Assembly (NCBI RefSeq): GCF_052425735.1
Contig: NC_135761.1
Span: 43,772,001 to 43,836,000 of the forward strand
Direction: 5' to 3'
Length of the DNA stretch: 64,000 nt
Source: Oculina patagonica
Lineage: Eukaryota
Part shown: in pieces, positions 63,530-64,000 of the stretch
How the letters are laid out: each line of letters begins with the position of its first letter
How positions within the stretch are numbered: the first letter of the stretch is position 1
Notes under the pieces: generated by a model
Databases searched by the model: none
What the model was told of the DNA's origin: nothing
The model's input: only the letters and a program-made list of their open reading frames with translations
Translations under genes and position numbers: made by a program

Positions 63530-64000
63530 ACAGTATGGGGCCCAGTTCTCGGCCGGGTCCAGTTCTCGGCCACTTTGTGTTTAACGCGTTTTTTCACACT
63601 CCAGTTGAATCAAAAGAAAAAGGTATTTCCTTCAAACGATAGACTGATTCATGTGCTTTAAGTATCTTGAGTTTGATCGTTCAATTCGATATAGAAAGCT
63701 CACACGTCGAGTTTACGCGGAGGTAGGTGAATTTGCATTCCCGAAAAAGTTGTTTGTTTACGGCTCCAAATTCATGGATGTAGTTAAATTCGTATTTTAT
63801 CCAAAAGCCCCCACCATAAGAGCTAATTTTTGGCATGTGAAACGTAGAATAATTCAGCTTTCTGATTTAGTTAACTTTTCGTTGAACCGTTGTATTTTTT
63901 GGTCTTAATTTACTTCGAAATTTTTTCTTGCGACGTTTGCGTATTTGCCAGTTCTCGGCCACCCTGCTCGCTATCACAGCTTAGCGCTTGGTTTTATATA
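63530..64000. mobile_element. Left end of a TA-inserting (Tc1/pogo-like) element
   Basis: TA|CAGTATGGGGCCCAGTTCTCGGCC with three CCAGTTCTCGGCC subterminal motifs; the right end is not in the window. Confidence 0.45.

Overview
AT-rich, intron-containing animal DNA. The repeat repertoire suggests a cnidarian, probably a stony coral (inference). Host genes: (1) the 5' four coding exons of an SLC22/OCT-type MFS transporter on the minus strand (367-3283, running off the left edge), with a frameshift and stop in coding exon 1. (2) Two head-to-head paralogous TGF-beta/BMP-family ligand genes: 19863-20787 (-), which has an in-frame nonsense codon, and 43310-45309 (+), an intact 205-aa ORF. Both encode a signal peptide, only the straitjacket part of the prodomain, a furin site and a 7-Cys cystine knot, and appear to lack the prodomain arm domain entirely. 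This is the most unusual feature of the window. (3) An orphan SLC22 terminal exon (50346-50489, +) that completes a mirror-image SLC22<-TGFb<- ->TGFb->SLC22 layout. The rest is mostly transposon-derived: an apparently intact autonomous PIF/Harbinger element (14391-18577, spliced transposase plus Myb/SANT gene, CCA TSD), a decayed BEL/Pao LTR retrotransposon, LINE, RTE and Penelope fragments, tRNA-derived SINEs, many MITEs with readable TSDs, and several palindromic elements that share a structurally conserved hairpin core. All alignments and counts were done by eye; no database searches were run.
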